Shown: positions 40,240-52,761, counted from the stretch's first letter. The stretch: 64,000 nucleotides of DNA from Candidatus Bathyarchaeota archaeon (GCA_963717465.1 OY970340.1:992001-1056000), one strand, 5' to 3'. Numbers and translations: made by a program. The notes: generated by a model not told the origin, from the letters alone.

Positions 40240-41355
40240 GCGCATCCTACAGAAAATGGCTCGATCAAAAGCTCGCCAAATTGCAGGAAATCGACTGCTA
40301 CTCAGCAGGTGCAACGCCTGAAACAGTAGCGAAGCAAATAGGCGTCTCAACAGAGAAGATTGTTAAGCTCAATTTTAACGAAAGCTTGTTTGTTGATAGA
40401 GCAAAGCAAGCGAAACTGGTTAAGGAGTTGGCTGATGAACTTGATTTGCGCCTGTATCCTGAAGATGAAGTGCCCCGATTTCTAGCCAAGCTTTCACGCT
40501 ATATTGGGGCTCCAGAGGAGTGTCTTGTTGTCGGCAACGGCGGGGACGAATTAATCGATCGCATCATCAGGCTCTTTGTAGAAACAGGAGAAGTCACACT
40601 GGCCGTTCGCGCCGACGTTTAGCATTCCAAGACTTTGCGTTAAACGGCAAGGCGGCGAGTACATTGCAGTGCCTCTTCTGGGCAACTTGCAGCTTGATGT
40701 CAAAGGCTTGTTGGGTAAATTCTCTGAGAAAACAAGGTTGCTGTATTTATGCTCGCCTAATAATCCAACTGCAAATCAGTTCAAAATTGAAGACATTGAA
40801 ACCTTAGTTAAAGAGTTTCCAGGTATAGTTATTTTAGACGAGGCCTATGGCGAGTTTGCTGATTACTCATTTGTTCCACGTCTGAGTGAGTTTCAAAATA
40901 TGATAATTCTGCGAACGTTCTCTAAAGCCTTCGGGCTGGCGGCATTGCGGCTTGGTTATGCTGTTGCAAATCCAGATTTAGCAAGGATTCTTAGAGAGAA
41001 AGCTCCGTTGCCTTATCCAGTTAGCGGTTTCACGTTGCGGATGGGCTGCAAAATGCTTGACAACATTGCGCTAATGCAGAAGTCGGTAAAAGCGCTTGTT
41101 GCTGAACGGGGTAAGCTGATTAAGGCTCTAAACAAGATAGAGGGTGTGCAAGCTTTCGATTCTCAAGCTGACTTTTTATTGGTGAATACTCAAAAGCCTG
41201 CTGATGAAGTTAATGAGAAACTGCTTAAACGAGGTATAATGCTTAAAAAATGGGGTAAAATCCTTCAGTACGATAACTGTTTCCGTGTTACTGTAGGTTT
41301 ACCTGAAATGAACAAGAAATTAATCGTTGCATTAAAAGAAATTCAAAGTGAATGA
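40236..41355 (+). CDS. hisC: Histidinol-phosphate aminotransferase; frameshift near 40610
   Basis: GNGGDELI, CSPNNPT, DEAYGEF, RTFSKAFGLAALRLGY. Confidence 0.93.
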
Positions 41356-41935
41356 ATATGGCTAGGATAGATGAAGTTAAACGTAAAACTAAAGAAACTG
41401 AAGTCAACGTGAAAGTAAATCTTGACGGCGAAGGCAAAGTAACCGTTGCTACGAATGTAGCGTTCCTTGACCACATGATAACCAGCCTTGCCACGCACAG
41501 CCTAATTGATATCGAGGCATCGGTGAAAGGCGATTTGGTGCACCACTGTATGGAAGACTTAGCCATCGGCTTAGGCGAAGCATTAAACAAAGCCTTAGGA
41601 ACACGTGAAGGCATCACAAGGTTCGGTAACGCAGCTGCGCCAATGGATTGTTCCCTTGCTTTTGCGCAGTGGATTTGGTTAAGCGCCCATACTTCAAAAT
41701 TGACCTAAAACTTAAAGGCAAGAAAATGGAGGACATGCCCACAGAGGATATTAATCACTTCTTTGAGTCACTTACCACTTCACTGCAAGCAAACGTTCAC
41801 ATATTCATTCAGTATGGTAGCAACGATCACCACAAAGCAGAAGCAGCAACCAAAGCACTCGCACTATCACTTCGACAAGCAGTCACGCTGGATCCAAGAC
41901 GAAAAGGAGTACCAAGCTGCAAAGGAGTTATCTGA
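41352..41935 (+). CDS. hisB: Imidazoleglycerol-phosphate dehydratase; frameshift near 41665
   Basis: RKTKET, FLDHM, HHCMED, NDHHKAEA motifs. Confidence 0.93.
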
Positions 41936-42540
41936 TGCCACAAATAGTCATATTCGACTATGGCGTTGGAAACCTGCTCAGCCTAAAATGCGCACTTGAA
42001 AAAGCTGGTTTGACCGCTTCAATCGGAACATCAAAAGAGCAACTAAAGAATGCAGATGCAATCGCTTTGCCCGGAGTCGGCAACTTTAGCGCTGCCGCTA
42101 CAAAACTAAATCAGGTGCAAGAGACAATTAAGTCCATGGTTGACGATGGAACACCACTTTTAGGCATATGTTTAGGTTTGCAACTTTTCTTCCAAGAAAG
42201 CCAAGAGGGACCCGGAGATGGCTTAGCGCTTTTTAGCGGCAAAAACATTTGGTTACCAAATTCAGTCAAAGTGCCCCATATGGGTTGGAACACGCTGGAA
42301 ATGGTTAAGCAAGACGAGCTCTTCGACGGGGTTGCTCCTGGCTCTTTTGTTTACTTTGTTCACTCGCTCTATCCTGTACCGCTGGATAAAAATATAGTCT
42401 GCACCAAAACTTCTTACGGGGACATCTTTACTTCATCGATAACTTGCAAGAACGTTTATGGAACCCAGTTCCATCCTGAGAAATCAGGCGAAATCGGACT
42501 GAAAATTCTGCAAAACTTCGCTAAAATTGTAACAAGGTGA
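41935..42540 (+). CDS. hisH: Imidazole glycerol phosphate synthase glutaminase subunit
   Basis: LPGVG, GICLGLQ, KVPHMGWN, YFVHS, QFHPEKS. Confidence 0.96.
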   Translation: MPQIVIFDYGVGNLLSLKCALEKAGLTASIGTSKEQLKNADAIALPGVGNFSAAATKLNQVQETIKSMVDDGTPLLGICLGLQLFFQESQEGPGDGLALFSGKNIWLPNSVKVPHMGWNTLEMVKQDELFDGVAPGSFVYFVHSLYPVPLDKNIVCTKTSYGDIFTSSITCKNVYGTQFHPEKSGEIGLKILQNFAKIVTR

Positions 42541-43269
42541 TTAAGATGCAACTAATTCCCGCTATCGATCTTATGAATGGTAAAATTGTGAGGTTAAGCC
42601 GCGGCGACCCCAAGACTGCTAAAATTTACGAGCAGTTTGGAGGTCCCGTGGAGACTGCTAAAAAATGGCATGATGATGGCGCAAGAAAACTGCACATTAT
42701 AGATTTAGATGCTGCATTTGGCACAGGGAATAATCGGGTGGTAATTTCAGAAATTGCAAAGAGCATCAATTTGCCCATTCAGGTGGGCGGCGGAATTCGC
42801 AGCTTCGAGATTGCCAAAGAACTGCTTTTGCAGCGGTGTGCGCCAAGTTATCTTGGGTTCTTTAGCATTCAGCAATGAAACGGTGATAAGTGAGATTCAA
42901 AGAGAGTTCGGGGTTGAAGCTGTGATTGTTGCTTTAGACAATAAGGATGGTAAAATAATGGTTGAAGGATGGAAAACAACTACAGATTTAACCGTTGAAG
43001 ATGCCTTGGAGAAATTTACTTCATTAGGCGTTAATAGGTTTCTTATTACTTCAATAACGAAAGATGGGATGCTTTCAGGTCCAGATCTTGAAACACTCAG
43101 CCAAGCATGCCAATACCCCAATGTCAAAGTTATTGCGGCTGGCGGAATAGGTGCGTTAAAGGATTTAGCAGCGCTCAAACGTGTCGGCGTTGAAGGTGCA
43201 GTGATCGGCAAGGCTCTTTACGAAGACAGGTTCACGCTAAAAGATGCGTTAAAACTCATAGGAGATTAA
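42537..43269 (+). CDS. hisA: ProFAR isomerase; frameshift near 42830
   Basis: [28 protein letters not shown]. Confidence 0.93.
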
Positions 43270-43276
43270 GAAGAAT

Positions 43277-44081
43277 TTGCCTTTAGCTAAGCGTATAGTT
43301 CCATGCTTGGATGTTGACAAGGGAAAAGTGGTAAAAGGTGTAAACTTTTTGCAGTTAAAGCACGCTGGCGACCCTGTTGAACTGGCTAAGCGTTATTCAG
43401 ATGAAGGTGCTGATGAGCTTGTTTTTTTGGATATAACTGCTTCATCAGATAAGCGGGACATTTTGCGTGCAGTGGTTGAAGGCGTGGCTAGAGCAATAAG
43501 CATACCGTTTACCGTTGGCGGGGGCATACGAAATGTTTCAGATGCAAGGCTTGTCTTATGCAGTGGCGCTGACAAGGTTTCTGTCAACACTGCAGCGGTG
43601 GAAAACCCGAAAGTAATAACCGAATTAGCGGACGTTTTCGGCAGGCAATGCGTAGTTACCGCTATAGATGCGAAAAGAAACCACAATGTAACAGCGGACA
43701 AAATTGCAGTGCAGACAAGTCAAGGATCCGTATGGTTTGAGGTTTACACTTACGGTGGAAGAAAACCAACAGGAATAGATGCTATCCAATGGGCTACGCA
43801 AGCTGAGAAGCTTGGTGCAGGCGAGTTCCTCGTCACTTCCATGGATAAAGATGGCACAGAAGACGGCTACGACATGGAGCTAACCCGAACAATCTCAGAA
43901 AAAGTAAACGTCCCCGTTATCGCAAGCGGAGGAGCAGGAGTTCCAAAGCATTTCCTTGAAGTTTTCACAAATGGCAAAGCCGATGCAGCATTGGCCGCTT
44001 CAGTCTTCCACTACAACAAGTACCCAATTCCAGTCATCAAGGATTATCTTGCGAAAATCGGGGGTGACGATTAGATCATGA
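43277..44081 (+). CDS. hisF: Imidazole glycerol phosphate synthase cyclase subunit; probable frameshift in G-run near 44062
   Basis: [39 protein letters not shown]. Confidence 0.95.
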
Positions 44082-44411
44082 CAGAACAAGATTTGCTCGG
44101 AAAATTGGATTTTAACAAGGGCAACGGGCTTATTCCCGTAGTTGTCCAAGACATGCAAAACAAAGGAGTTGTTGATGCTTGCTTACGCTAACAAGGAAGC
44201 ATTAGAAAAAACGTTAAGCACAGGATTTGCTCACTACTGGAGTCGTTCGAGAGGCCAACTGTGGATGAAAGGTGAAACTTCGGGGCATACTCAGAAAATA
44301 GTTTCAGTTTTAACTGACTGCGACTACGACACACTATTGTACATAGTTGTTCAGAAGGGAAATGCTTGTCACACTGGCAAACCGACTTGCTTCTTCAACA
44401 AGATATTGTAG
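44078..44411 (+). CDS. hisI: Phosphoribosyl-AMP cyclohydrolase; frameshift near 44153
   Basis: [37 protein letters not shown]. Confidence 0.94.
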
Positions 44412-44477
44412 CCAACACTTTTAAGAAAAAACCTCCTTACTTATTAAACAAGTTTATTGCTGTTTGGTGAAAACGCA

Positions 44478-45536
44478 ATGCCTTTACATGAAGCTATGCT
44501 TTACAGCAGACAAGCAGAGAACAAAGTCAAATGCTCATTATGCGCTAGGCGTTGCCTTATCAGTGATGGATCAACAGGTTTTTGTCTGGTTCGGGCAAAT
44601 CAGGGCGGTACACTTTACTCGCTAAATTATGGAAAGGCGGTTTCAGCTTGTGTTGACCCTATAAGCAAAAAACCCTTATCACATTTTCATCCTAATGCAC
44701 TTGTAATGTCGATTGCGGCAGCTGGCTGCAATTTCCGTTGCCAATTCTGCGATAACTGGATGATAAGTCAAGGAAAAGAAATCGCAGGTAAACCATTCAG
44801 CCCAGCAGATATTGTGAAAGCAGCAAGGGAAAGTAATTGCCAAGGAATAAGCTACACGTACACTGAGCCGACAATATTATATGGAGTACGCTTATGAAAC
44901 CGCCAAGATTGCTCATCAAGTCGGTTTCTTTAACACTTTCGTCACAAACGGGTACATGACGCCTGAAGCAGTAAAATTAATTGCTCCAGTATTAGATGCG
45001 GCGACAGTTGATTTTAAAGGCGGCGGGGACCCAGAATTTTACAAGAGTTTTTCTGCAGTGCCAAGTGTTGAACCTATTTATGAAGCTCTAAAAGAGTTGA
45101 GATCGAATGGTGTTCATGTAGAAATTACTAATTTGATTGTTCCGAAAATTGGAGATTCAATGGATAGAATAAAGGAAATGGCCAATTGGATTAAGAATTA
45201 CTTGGGAAAAGATACGCCGTTTCATTTGTTGCGTTTTCATCCTGATTATAAGATGACAACGATTCCAGCAACCTCATCTGAGAGTCTTAGAGAGAGCGTA
45301 CATGACGGCGAAGAATGAAGGGTTAAATTATGTTTATCTTGGAAATCTGCCTGGGCATCCAGCAGAAAATACTTATTGTCCCAACTGCGGGGAAGCGGTG
45401 ATTAAAAGGTACAGTTTTGAGATTACAAAGTGGAATCTAACTAAAGATATGACGTTGCCCAGTATGTGGACAAGCCATTCCCATCAAGGGCCGATTGTAT
45501 CCCACTGGTTCTCGTTATCCATATGCGCTGTTTTAA
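44478..45536 (+). CDS. amrS: AmmeMemoRadiSam radical SAM enzyme; several frameshifts
   Basis: [41 protein letters not shown]. Confidence 0.9.
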
Positions 45537-45626
45537 TTGGTTGTTTTAATCGTGTTCCATTTCAAATGGCAAGCAATCGACAAAAACTCTTAAATTAGTC
45601 AAATCCTAATCACTCAAGGATTCTCT

Positions 45627-46601
45627 ATGTCATCCAATGGCAAATTTGAAGTATTAAGTTACGATGAGAAAACAAAGAAGTTTCTTGTTAAATCTGTATC
45701 AGGAAACAAGGTTCAAGTAGATGATACTTTTGCTGAAATGTTCGGTTTATGGGCTGGACGAGTACTTATAACCGCACAAAGCGAGAAATGGGCGACAATT
45801 GCAGGGCAAGTTGCCACTGGCTTTGCAACCAGCGTTATCGCAGCTTCGGCAGAAGCCGCAATAGAACGCGTGAGTTCCAGCTGATCAGACACCTGATAAA
45901 CGTCCAGGATTGCTTATTCAAATTTATAACCGTGACCGATTTGAATTAAAACATCAACTAATGGAACGCATAGGTCAATGTGTATTGACTTGCCCAACCA
46001 CATCAGCCTTCAACGGTCTTGATAAAACTAAACGCACACTCAACGTTGGAAGCAGTCTGCGCTATTTTGGTGATGGCTTCCAGAAAAAAACGATGGTTGG
46101 CGGAAGGAAATGCTGGAAAATCCCAGTTATGGAAGGCAACTTTATAGTTGAAGATGGATTCGGAGCACAAGAAGCAATTGCAGGCGGCAACTTTATGATT
46201 TTCGCTGAAACCCAGAAAGCAGGTCTTGAAGCCGCAGAAAAAGCCGCAGATGCGATACGAGCTAATGCGCCAGATGTTATAATGCCATTTCCAGGCGGAT
46301 TATGTCGAGCAGGAAGCAAAGCTGGGTCACTTAAATATAAAATGAAAGCTTCAACAAACCACATCTATTGCCCCACATTAAGAGGAATAGTTCCTGATGT
46401 CAGTTGTTCCAGAAAATGTTCAATGCGTTTATGAAATAGTCATGAACGGCTTATCACTTGACGCTATTAAAGCAGGGTATAAAGCAGGTATTCAAGCAGC
46501 AGCTGACGTGCACAGGTGTAGTACTGATTACAGCAGGAAACTACGGCGGCAAGTTAGGCCCATTCAAAGCCTACCTGAAAGACGCGATAGGCGCCACATA
46601 G
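45627..46601 (+). CDS. ftr: Formylmethanofuran:tetrahydromethanopterin formyltransferase; several frameshifts
   Basis: DDTFAE, TGFATSVI, TPDKRPG, RIGQCVLTCPT, IPVMEG, AGGN, PFPGG, ASTN..YCPTL, AGNYGGKLG. Confidence 0.92.
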
Positions 46602-46673
46602 CTTCTTTTTTAAGTAACTTTTATTTGATTCCACACGACGTAAAGTGTGGAACAAAAAATATAACTTTATTTC

Positions 46674-47958
46674 GTGGAAAAATATTTGAGTACAGCAAAA
46701 AAGAGTTCCCTTGAGCTATTTCGCATAAAAAAAATGCTTGATTTCCTAGCTGACAAAGAGGGTCACGCAACAGAACTTATCACGCTATATGTTCCTCCAG
46801 GAAAACAAATTAGCGATGCCTCAAACATGCTAAGGGAAGAATATGGAACAGCAACGAACATTAAAAGCAACACTACAAGAAAAAACGTTCTTGACGCAAT
46901 TACAAAAGTGCAACAGAAACTCAAACTTATAAAAGACCCAGGTGAAAACGGCTTCGTCATTTTTGCAGGTGCATTGCCACAGGAAGGCGGCGGAGGACCA
47001 GGCACAGAAAAAATCGGAAGCTTTCGTTATTGTTCCACCTGAACCAATCCGAATTTTCCTCTATAGGTGCGACGCAAAATTTCACATTGAGCATTTGCAG
47101 GAATTAATTCGTGAAAAAGAAACCTTTGGCATACTGCTTGTTGACGCTTCAGGCGCTACAATAGCCACTTTGCAGGGAAAAAGAATGCAAATTCTCCGTG
47201 AAATGTATTCGGGTGTTGCAGGAAAGACTAAGGCTGGTGGTCAATCAGCAAGGCGGTATGAACGGTTACGGGATATGCAGCTTAATGAGTATTTTACGCG
47301 TGTTGGCAAACATGCAAATGATATTTTCCTGCCAATTGAGACTTTGAAAGGTTTAATTCTTGCTGGTCCAGGACCAACAAAATATGATTTTGAAAAGGGC
47401 GATTATCTGAATTACATGTTAAAAAACAAGATACTCGACACAATTGACACGGCTTACGTTGAAGAGCAAGGTGTTAAAGAAGTTGTTGAGAAAGCACCTG
47501 AAATTATGCGGCGGGTGCGCTACATTGAAGAAAAGGAAATTATGCAGAAATTCCTGTACGAAGTTGGTCATGACACTGGATTAATTACTTATGGTGAAGC
47601 TGAAGTTAGAAAAGCTCTTCAATCAGGTATGGTTAGAACGCTTATTATTTCTGAAAGTCTTGACATGTTGCGTGTTACCGTAAAATGCAGTGCTTGCGGT
47701 TATCAAGAGCAGGAAACAGTTAAAACTTCAAACTTGAAGGTTTATGAGCAGAACCTATCAACTAAGCCTTGCCCAAAATGCGGTGCCCCTTCTCTTGGTA
47801 TAGTTGAAAAGCAGGATGTTATTGATGATTTAGCTCAACTTGCTGAAAACTCCAATGCGGATGTTGAGGTAATTTCTGCTGAAACTGAGGAAGGGCAAAT
47901 GCTGAAGAATGCTTTCGGCGGAATAGCGGCGATATTGCGGTATAAAATGCAAGGCTAA
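46674..47958 (+). CDS. prf1: Peptide chain release factor aRF1; frameshift near 47015
   Basis: TNIKS, YRCD, GGQSARRY, AFGGIAAILRY motifs. Confidence 0.95.
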
Positions 47959-48238
47959 AACCTTTCAGCAATGAAATGATTATAAAAATTAGGACGCCAA
48001 CAATATAGATCTAACAAAACATAAATTTTCTCGATTTTTGGATCTTATTGTGCGCTTTAAACAAATGTTAGTTTGATGATTAAAAGAACAAGTCCTGAAC
48101 GTTTTCTTTGTTGCTTAAGTTCCGCTAAAGTTGACGTGCACTGAATCATGACAGTGTTGCTTGTGATTCGGCTAATAAAAACCGTTTTTGATCAAATTTC
48201 GGAACACCACGCGAGCTCCCTTTGTAATAGCGCTTGTA

Positions 48239-48557
48239 TTATTCTGGAACTATTGTCGACGAAACGCGTTTCTTTAAATCGTTGTATCTTTGCGTTATTT
48301 CTTCCTTGGCAGCTGCAAGTTCAGCATTAAGTCTGGGTCTTGATTCAGGCGCCAAGTCTTTACTCTTTACAATGTCTCTCTCAATTTTCTCCAAATCGTG
48401 ATCAGCATCTCTCATCATTTCTTCCGTTTTTACCAAAGATTCTGCCTTCACTTTCTGTATCTTAACCATGTTATCTTTTACTTCCGCAGCCTTTCTTTTT
48501 TGATTTCGCTTTAACGCTTTGTATTTTTTCTAAATAATCATTTTCGGAGTCGCCCAT
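48239..48557 (-). CDS. Small coiled-coil hypothetical protein; frameshift near 48497
   Basis: MGDSENDYLEKIQSVK joins AAEVKDNMVKIQKVKAESL... after a shift in an A-run. Confidence 0.55.
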
Positions 48558-48803
48558 ACTATTCCTTCATTGCTTAACTTTATTCAACCGATTGACTATT
48601 TTATGTTTTCTGCATAATCTTACTTCAAAGAGCATGCGCTTGCTGATAATTCGCGCTTTAAATTCCCTATTAAGTTATTAACATGGAAATTTGTCGTTTA
48701 GCCCAAAGCAAAGAGATAGGCATTGTCTACCAAAGAACCTTGCAGTTTTCCGTGTTTATTCTCAACTGTTCTTCATTGCGGAAAAAAGGCTAACAGGCAA
48801 ACG

Positions 48804-49152
48804 CTATGTACTATTATTTAGCTTGAAATAAATGCACCTATTGTTTTTACCTTTGTTCTCAGTCCTGATAAGCTCAATTTTTCCAATCTCATTAAGGTTT
48901 TTAACATGGGTACCGCCATCCGCCTGCTTATCTACACCGACGATTTGGACGATTCTTAAAACCGGAAGGTCTGGCGGGAAAGCTTCAGCCATCTTGATTA
49001 CACCAGGAATTTTCATAGCTTCTTCTCGGGGCAACTCATACCATTACACGGGAATGTCGGTCCAGGATCACATGCTTTCCATCTTTCACAGAAACTACGA
49101 TTGCGTTAGATTCTTTGAGATAACTGTCGACTAAAAACAGTGCTTTTGTCAT
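48804..49152 (-). pseudogene. alaX: AlaX (alanyl-tRNA editing protein) pseudogene with internal deletion and stop
   Basis: N-terminus MTKALFLVDSYLKE...VILD joined out of frame to DIPV*WYELPREEA...QADGGTHV...ENKGKNNR. Confidence 0.85.
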
Positions 49153-49332
49153 AAGACGCCTTCCCTTTGAAGATTTATTATTCTAGAATCAAATAAAGGG
49201 ATACCCTATTCTGATTTTATCGGTTCTATGTGTAATCTTTGTCACTAAGTTGCCCTCTATTACATGTTGCCGAGAAAGAAAATTGCGGTTAACTGAAGTC
49301 AGTTGTTTTTGATTTTATCCGCTATTGTGAAG

Positions 49333-50963
49333 TCACTCAAAGGGAGTTGGCTTGTATCTTGACAGTATGCCTTTGTCGATTTTGGGTTTTCTTGGTTTCC
49401 ACGCGGTTAACCGTTCCTTTAGTTCCTTATCTGGCAGCTCAACTTTTAAGATGCGGTTGGGTATGTCGATGGTGATTTTGTCGCCTTCCTGTAAGAACTG
49501 CGATTGGTCCGCCTTCGAATGCTTCTGGAGCAACGTGTCCGATGCATGGTCCTCGTGTTGCGCCTGAAAATCTTCCATCTGTTATGAGTGCTACGCTTTC
49601 TGTTAAGCCCATGCCTGCTATAGTTGCTGTTGGAATTAGCATTTCAGGCATTCCCGGTCCACCTCGAGGGCCTTCATAACGGATAACTACGACGTCGCCG
49701 GGAACAATCTTCTTTGCTCTAATTGCGACTATTGCTTCTTGTTCAGAGTCATAGATTTTTGCGGGACCAGTGTGCTTGAGCATTTTCGGTGAGACGCCTG
49801 CGGTTTTGATTACGCCGCCTTTAGGTGCAAGATTACCAGTTAAAATAGCGATTCCGCCTTCTTTATGAAGTGGGTCAGCTAAGGGGTGAATAACCTCGCG
49901 ATTCAGTACTGTGGCATCTTTTATGTTTGCCCGTCACGGTTTTGCCTGAAACAGTTGGCAAGCCTAAGTGAAGTAAGCTTTGGATCTCGTTCATTACTGC
50001 TGGGACTCCGCCTGCGGCGTCTAAATCTTCAAGCGCATTGGGTCCGCTTGGAATCATGCCTGCTAAGTGCGGCACTTTTCTACCGATTTTATCAAAAATA
50101 GATAATGGCAAAGTGAATCCTGCTTCCTTAGCGATGGCTGGCAAATGCAGAACCGTGTTTGTTGATCCTCCAAGAGCCATATCCACTGAAATAGCGTTTT
50201 CAAAGGCAGCACGCTTCATGATATCTAAAGGCTTAACGTCTATCTTTAACAAGTGCAACTGCTCTTTTACCTGACTCTTTTGCAATTCGCATTTTCAACG
50301 CGCTTGTAGCCAGTGAAGTTGCACAGTAAGGAAGAGACATTCCCAACGCTTCCGTCATGCAAGCCATCGTGTTTGCCGTGAACATGCCACTGCAGGAGCC
50401 GCAGCCTGGACAAGCAGCATTTTCCAGACGTGCCAAGTCTTCTTCAGCCTTTTCCCAGCAACAACTTCTCCAAGGGCTTCTGGAACTGAAGAGTAACTTA
50501 TTTTTTTGCCGTCAAGGCGACCTGCAACCATTGGTCCACCTGTAACGGCTATAGCTGGCACGTTTAATCTTGCTGCAGCCATAAGCATGCCTGGAGTGAC
50601 TTTATCACAGTTTGTAACCATGACAAACCCGTCAAGTCTGTGGGCTTGAATCATGATTTCAACGCTGTCAGCAATTATTTCACGTGAGGGCAATGAATAT
50701 CGCATGCCTTCATGACCCATGGCTAACCCGTCACATACAGCTATGGTGTTGAATTCAAAGGGTACGCCGCCAGCTGCAAGTATGCCTTCTTTAACAGCTT
50801 CTCCTATGGCTCTCAGATGAATGTGTCCTGGAACAATCGATGTGTAACTGTTTGCTATTCCAATGAATGGTTTAGTCATATCACTATCTATTACGCCTAA
50901 AGATTTTAAAAGTGCTCTATGAGGTGCTCGTTCAACTCCGCGCTTAATCAAATCGCTTCTCAT
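49333..50963 (-). CDS. ilvD: Dihydroxy-acid dehydratase; several frameshifts
   Basis: [58 protein letters not shown]. Confidence 0.95.
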
Positions 50964-51039
50964 TTCATTTTGCCTCGTGCACTAAGACAGACACCATAAA
51001 TTTTATATTTAAGCATGACGCTCCTTGAAAAGTAAGTGA

Positions 51040-52605
51040 TTGAAATGGGGTATCGTTTTATTTAACCGCTTCCCTAAAAAAATACGAATTTTTGACACCA
51101 CTCTAAGAGATGGTGAACAAACACCCGGAATATCCCTAACACCTGAAAACAAATTAAGAATTGCTCAACGCTTAGATGAACTCGGCGTCAACGTGATTGA
51201 AGGCAGGCTTTGCAGCTGTTTCCGAAGGCGAACTGGAGGCAGTTAGCTCTCATTGCTAAGCAAGGTCTAAAAGCTGAAATTTGCAGTGCCGCAAGAGGTA
51301 CAAAAGGAGACATTGACGCTGTAATCAAAAGCGGCGCAAACAAGCATAAACATGATTATCCCCACATCTGATTTACACATCGAATGTAAACTTCGAAAAA
51401 CTCGGGAGCAAATTCTAAAAATAACCGAGGAATGCGTCCAATACGCTAAAGACCATGGCTTAATCGTGGAGCTTTCCGCTGAAGACGCAACAAGATCCGA
51501 TTTTGATTACTTGACTAAAAGTCTTCAAGGTAGCTGTAAGTGCTGGAGTGGACAGAGTTGTTCCATGTGACACTGTTGGCATATTGACGCCTGAAAGATC
51601 ATACGAGTTGTTCTCTAAGCTTCGAAAAACCATTAAAGTTCCAATCAGTGTACACTGCCATAACGATTTTGGCATGGCAGTTGCAAACTCCATCGCTGCC
51701 CTAAGAGCTGGAGCAAGCCAAGCTCACGCAACCATAAACGGGCTTAGGCGAACGAGCTGGAAATGCTTCACTTGAAGAAATAGTAGTTACTCTAAAATCA
51801 CTTTACAAACTTGATTTAGACATTAAAACCGAGCTTATTATACAGCACTTCCCAATTGGTATCACGTTTAACAGGCATTTACGTTCAGCCTAACAAGGCA
51901 ATAGTGGGCGAAAACGCGTTCACGCACGAATCAGGAATTCACACTCAAGGTTTACTGGCAAACCCATTAACCTACGAGCCTATCGCGCCAGAACTGGTAG
52001 GTGGGACAAGACGGATTTCGCCTGGTAAGCATTCGGGTTCTCATGGAATTAAGTCAGCCATGGAAAAAATGGGTTTAAACCCAACTGAAGAGCAGCTTAA
52101 AGAAATAATCATGAGAGTAAAAGGTTTAGGCGACAAAGGCAAAGCTGTAATGGATGCTGATTTGCTGGCGATAGCTGAAGCAGTGATGAATCTTAAAAAC
52201 ACAAGGCCGATAACTTTGCAAGAGATTACCGTGGTTAGCGGAAATAAAGTCATGCCTATGGCTTCAGTAACGTTAACTCATAACGAGAAAGAGGTTTGTG
52301 GAATAGGCACAGGCGTTGGTCCAGTTGATGCAGCAATAAACGCAGTTAAAGGCGCCATTACTGAATCTGAACCAATACAGCTTGAGCAATATCACGTTAA
52401 ATCCATCACCGGCGGAACCGACGCAATGGTTGAAGTTGAAGTACGCATGCGTAAAGGCACCAAAACAGCAACTGCAATGGGAATACGCGAAGACATCGTA
52501 ATGGCAAGCCTAGAGGCAGTAATCAACGGCATGAACGTTCTACTAACAAATTACAGCTCCTCAAATAACGCATCGAATAATTCAGTGCAAGAAGTGAAAG
52601 GTTAA
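51040..52605 (+). CDS. cimA: (R)-citramalate synthase-type member of the LeuA/CimA family; several frameshifts
   Basis: [54 protein letters not shown]; resembles methanogen CimA; family certain, paralog call inferred. Confidence 0.75.
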
Positions 52606-52629
52606 AACTGTTTGCTTACCACAAACTTT

Positions 52630-52761
52630 TTAAATATAAGGGAATTATTGGTTAAGACACGAGGAAATTCACGGAGGAATACAAATGAGGGATTGCCACC
52701 TCCATCGGGTACATATTTTCATTTTCGCCTAGATTACCCTCCGAAGAAATCTCGTCTAAAA
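52630..52761 (+). promoter_or_regulatory. Conserved promoter/leader element upstream of ilvBN-leu genes with uORF (52685-52732)
   Basis: Four ordered blocks shared with 37706-37840; GGAGG at 52673-52677 then ATG; uORF MRDCHLHRVHIFIFA. Confidence 0.7.

Noticed and set aside
46674..47958. Programmed frameshift in aRF1 analogous to bacterial prfB
   Set aside because: No slippery site or stop codon at the shift; removing one C restores EKMEAF; same error type as in many neighbouring genes
52684..52761. C/D box sRNA reading of the leader motif
   Set aside because: ATGAGG and CTAA are poor C (RTGATGA) and D (CTGA) boxes, and no internal C'/D' pair is seen
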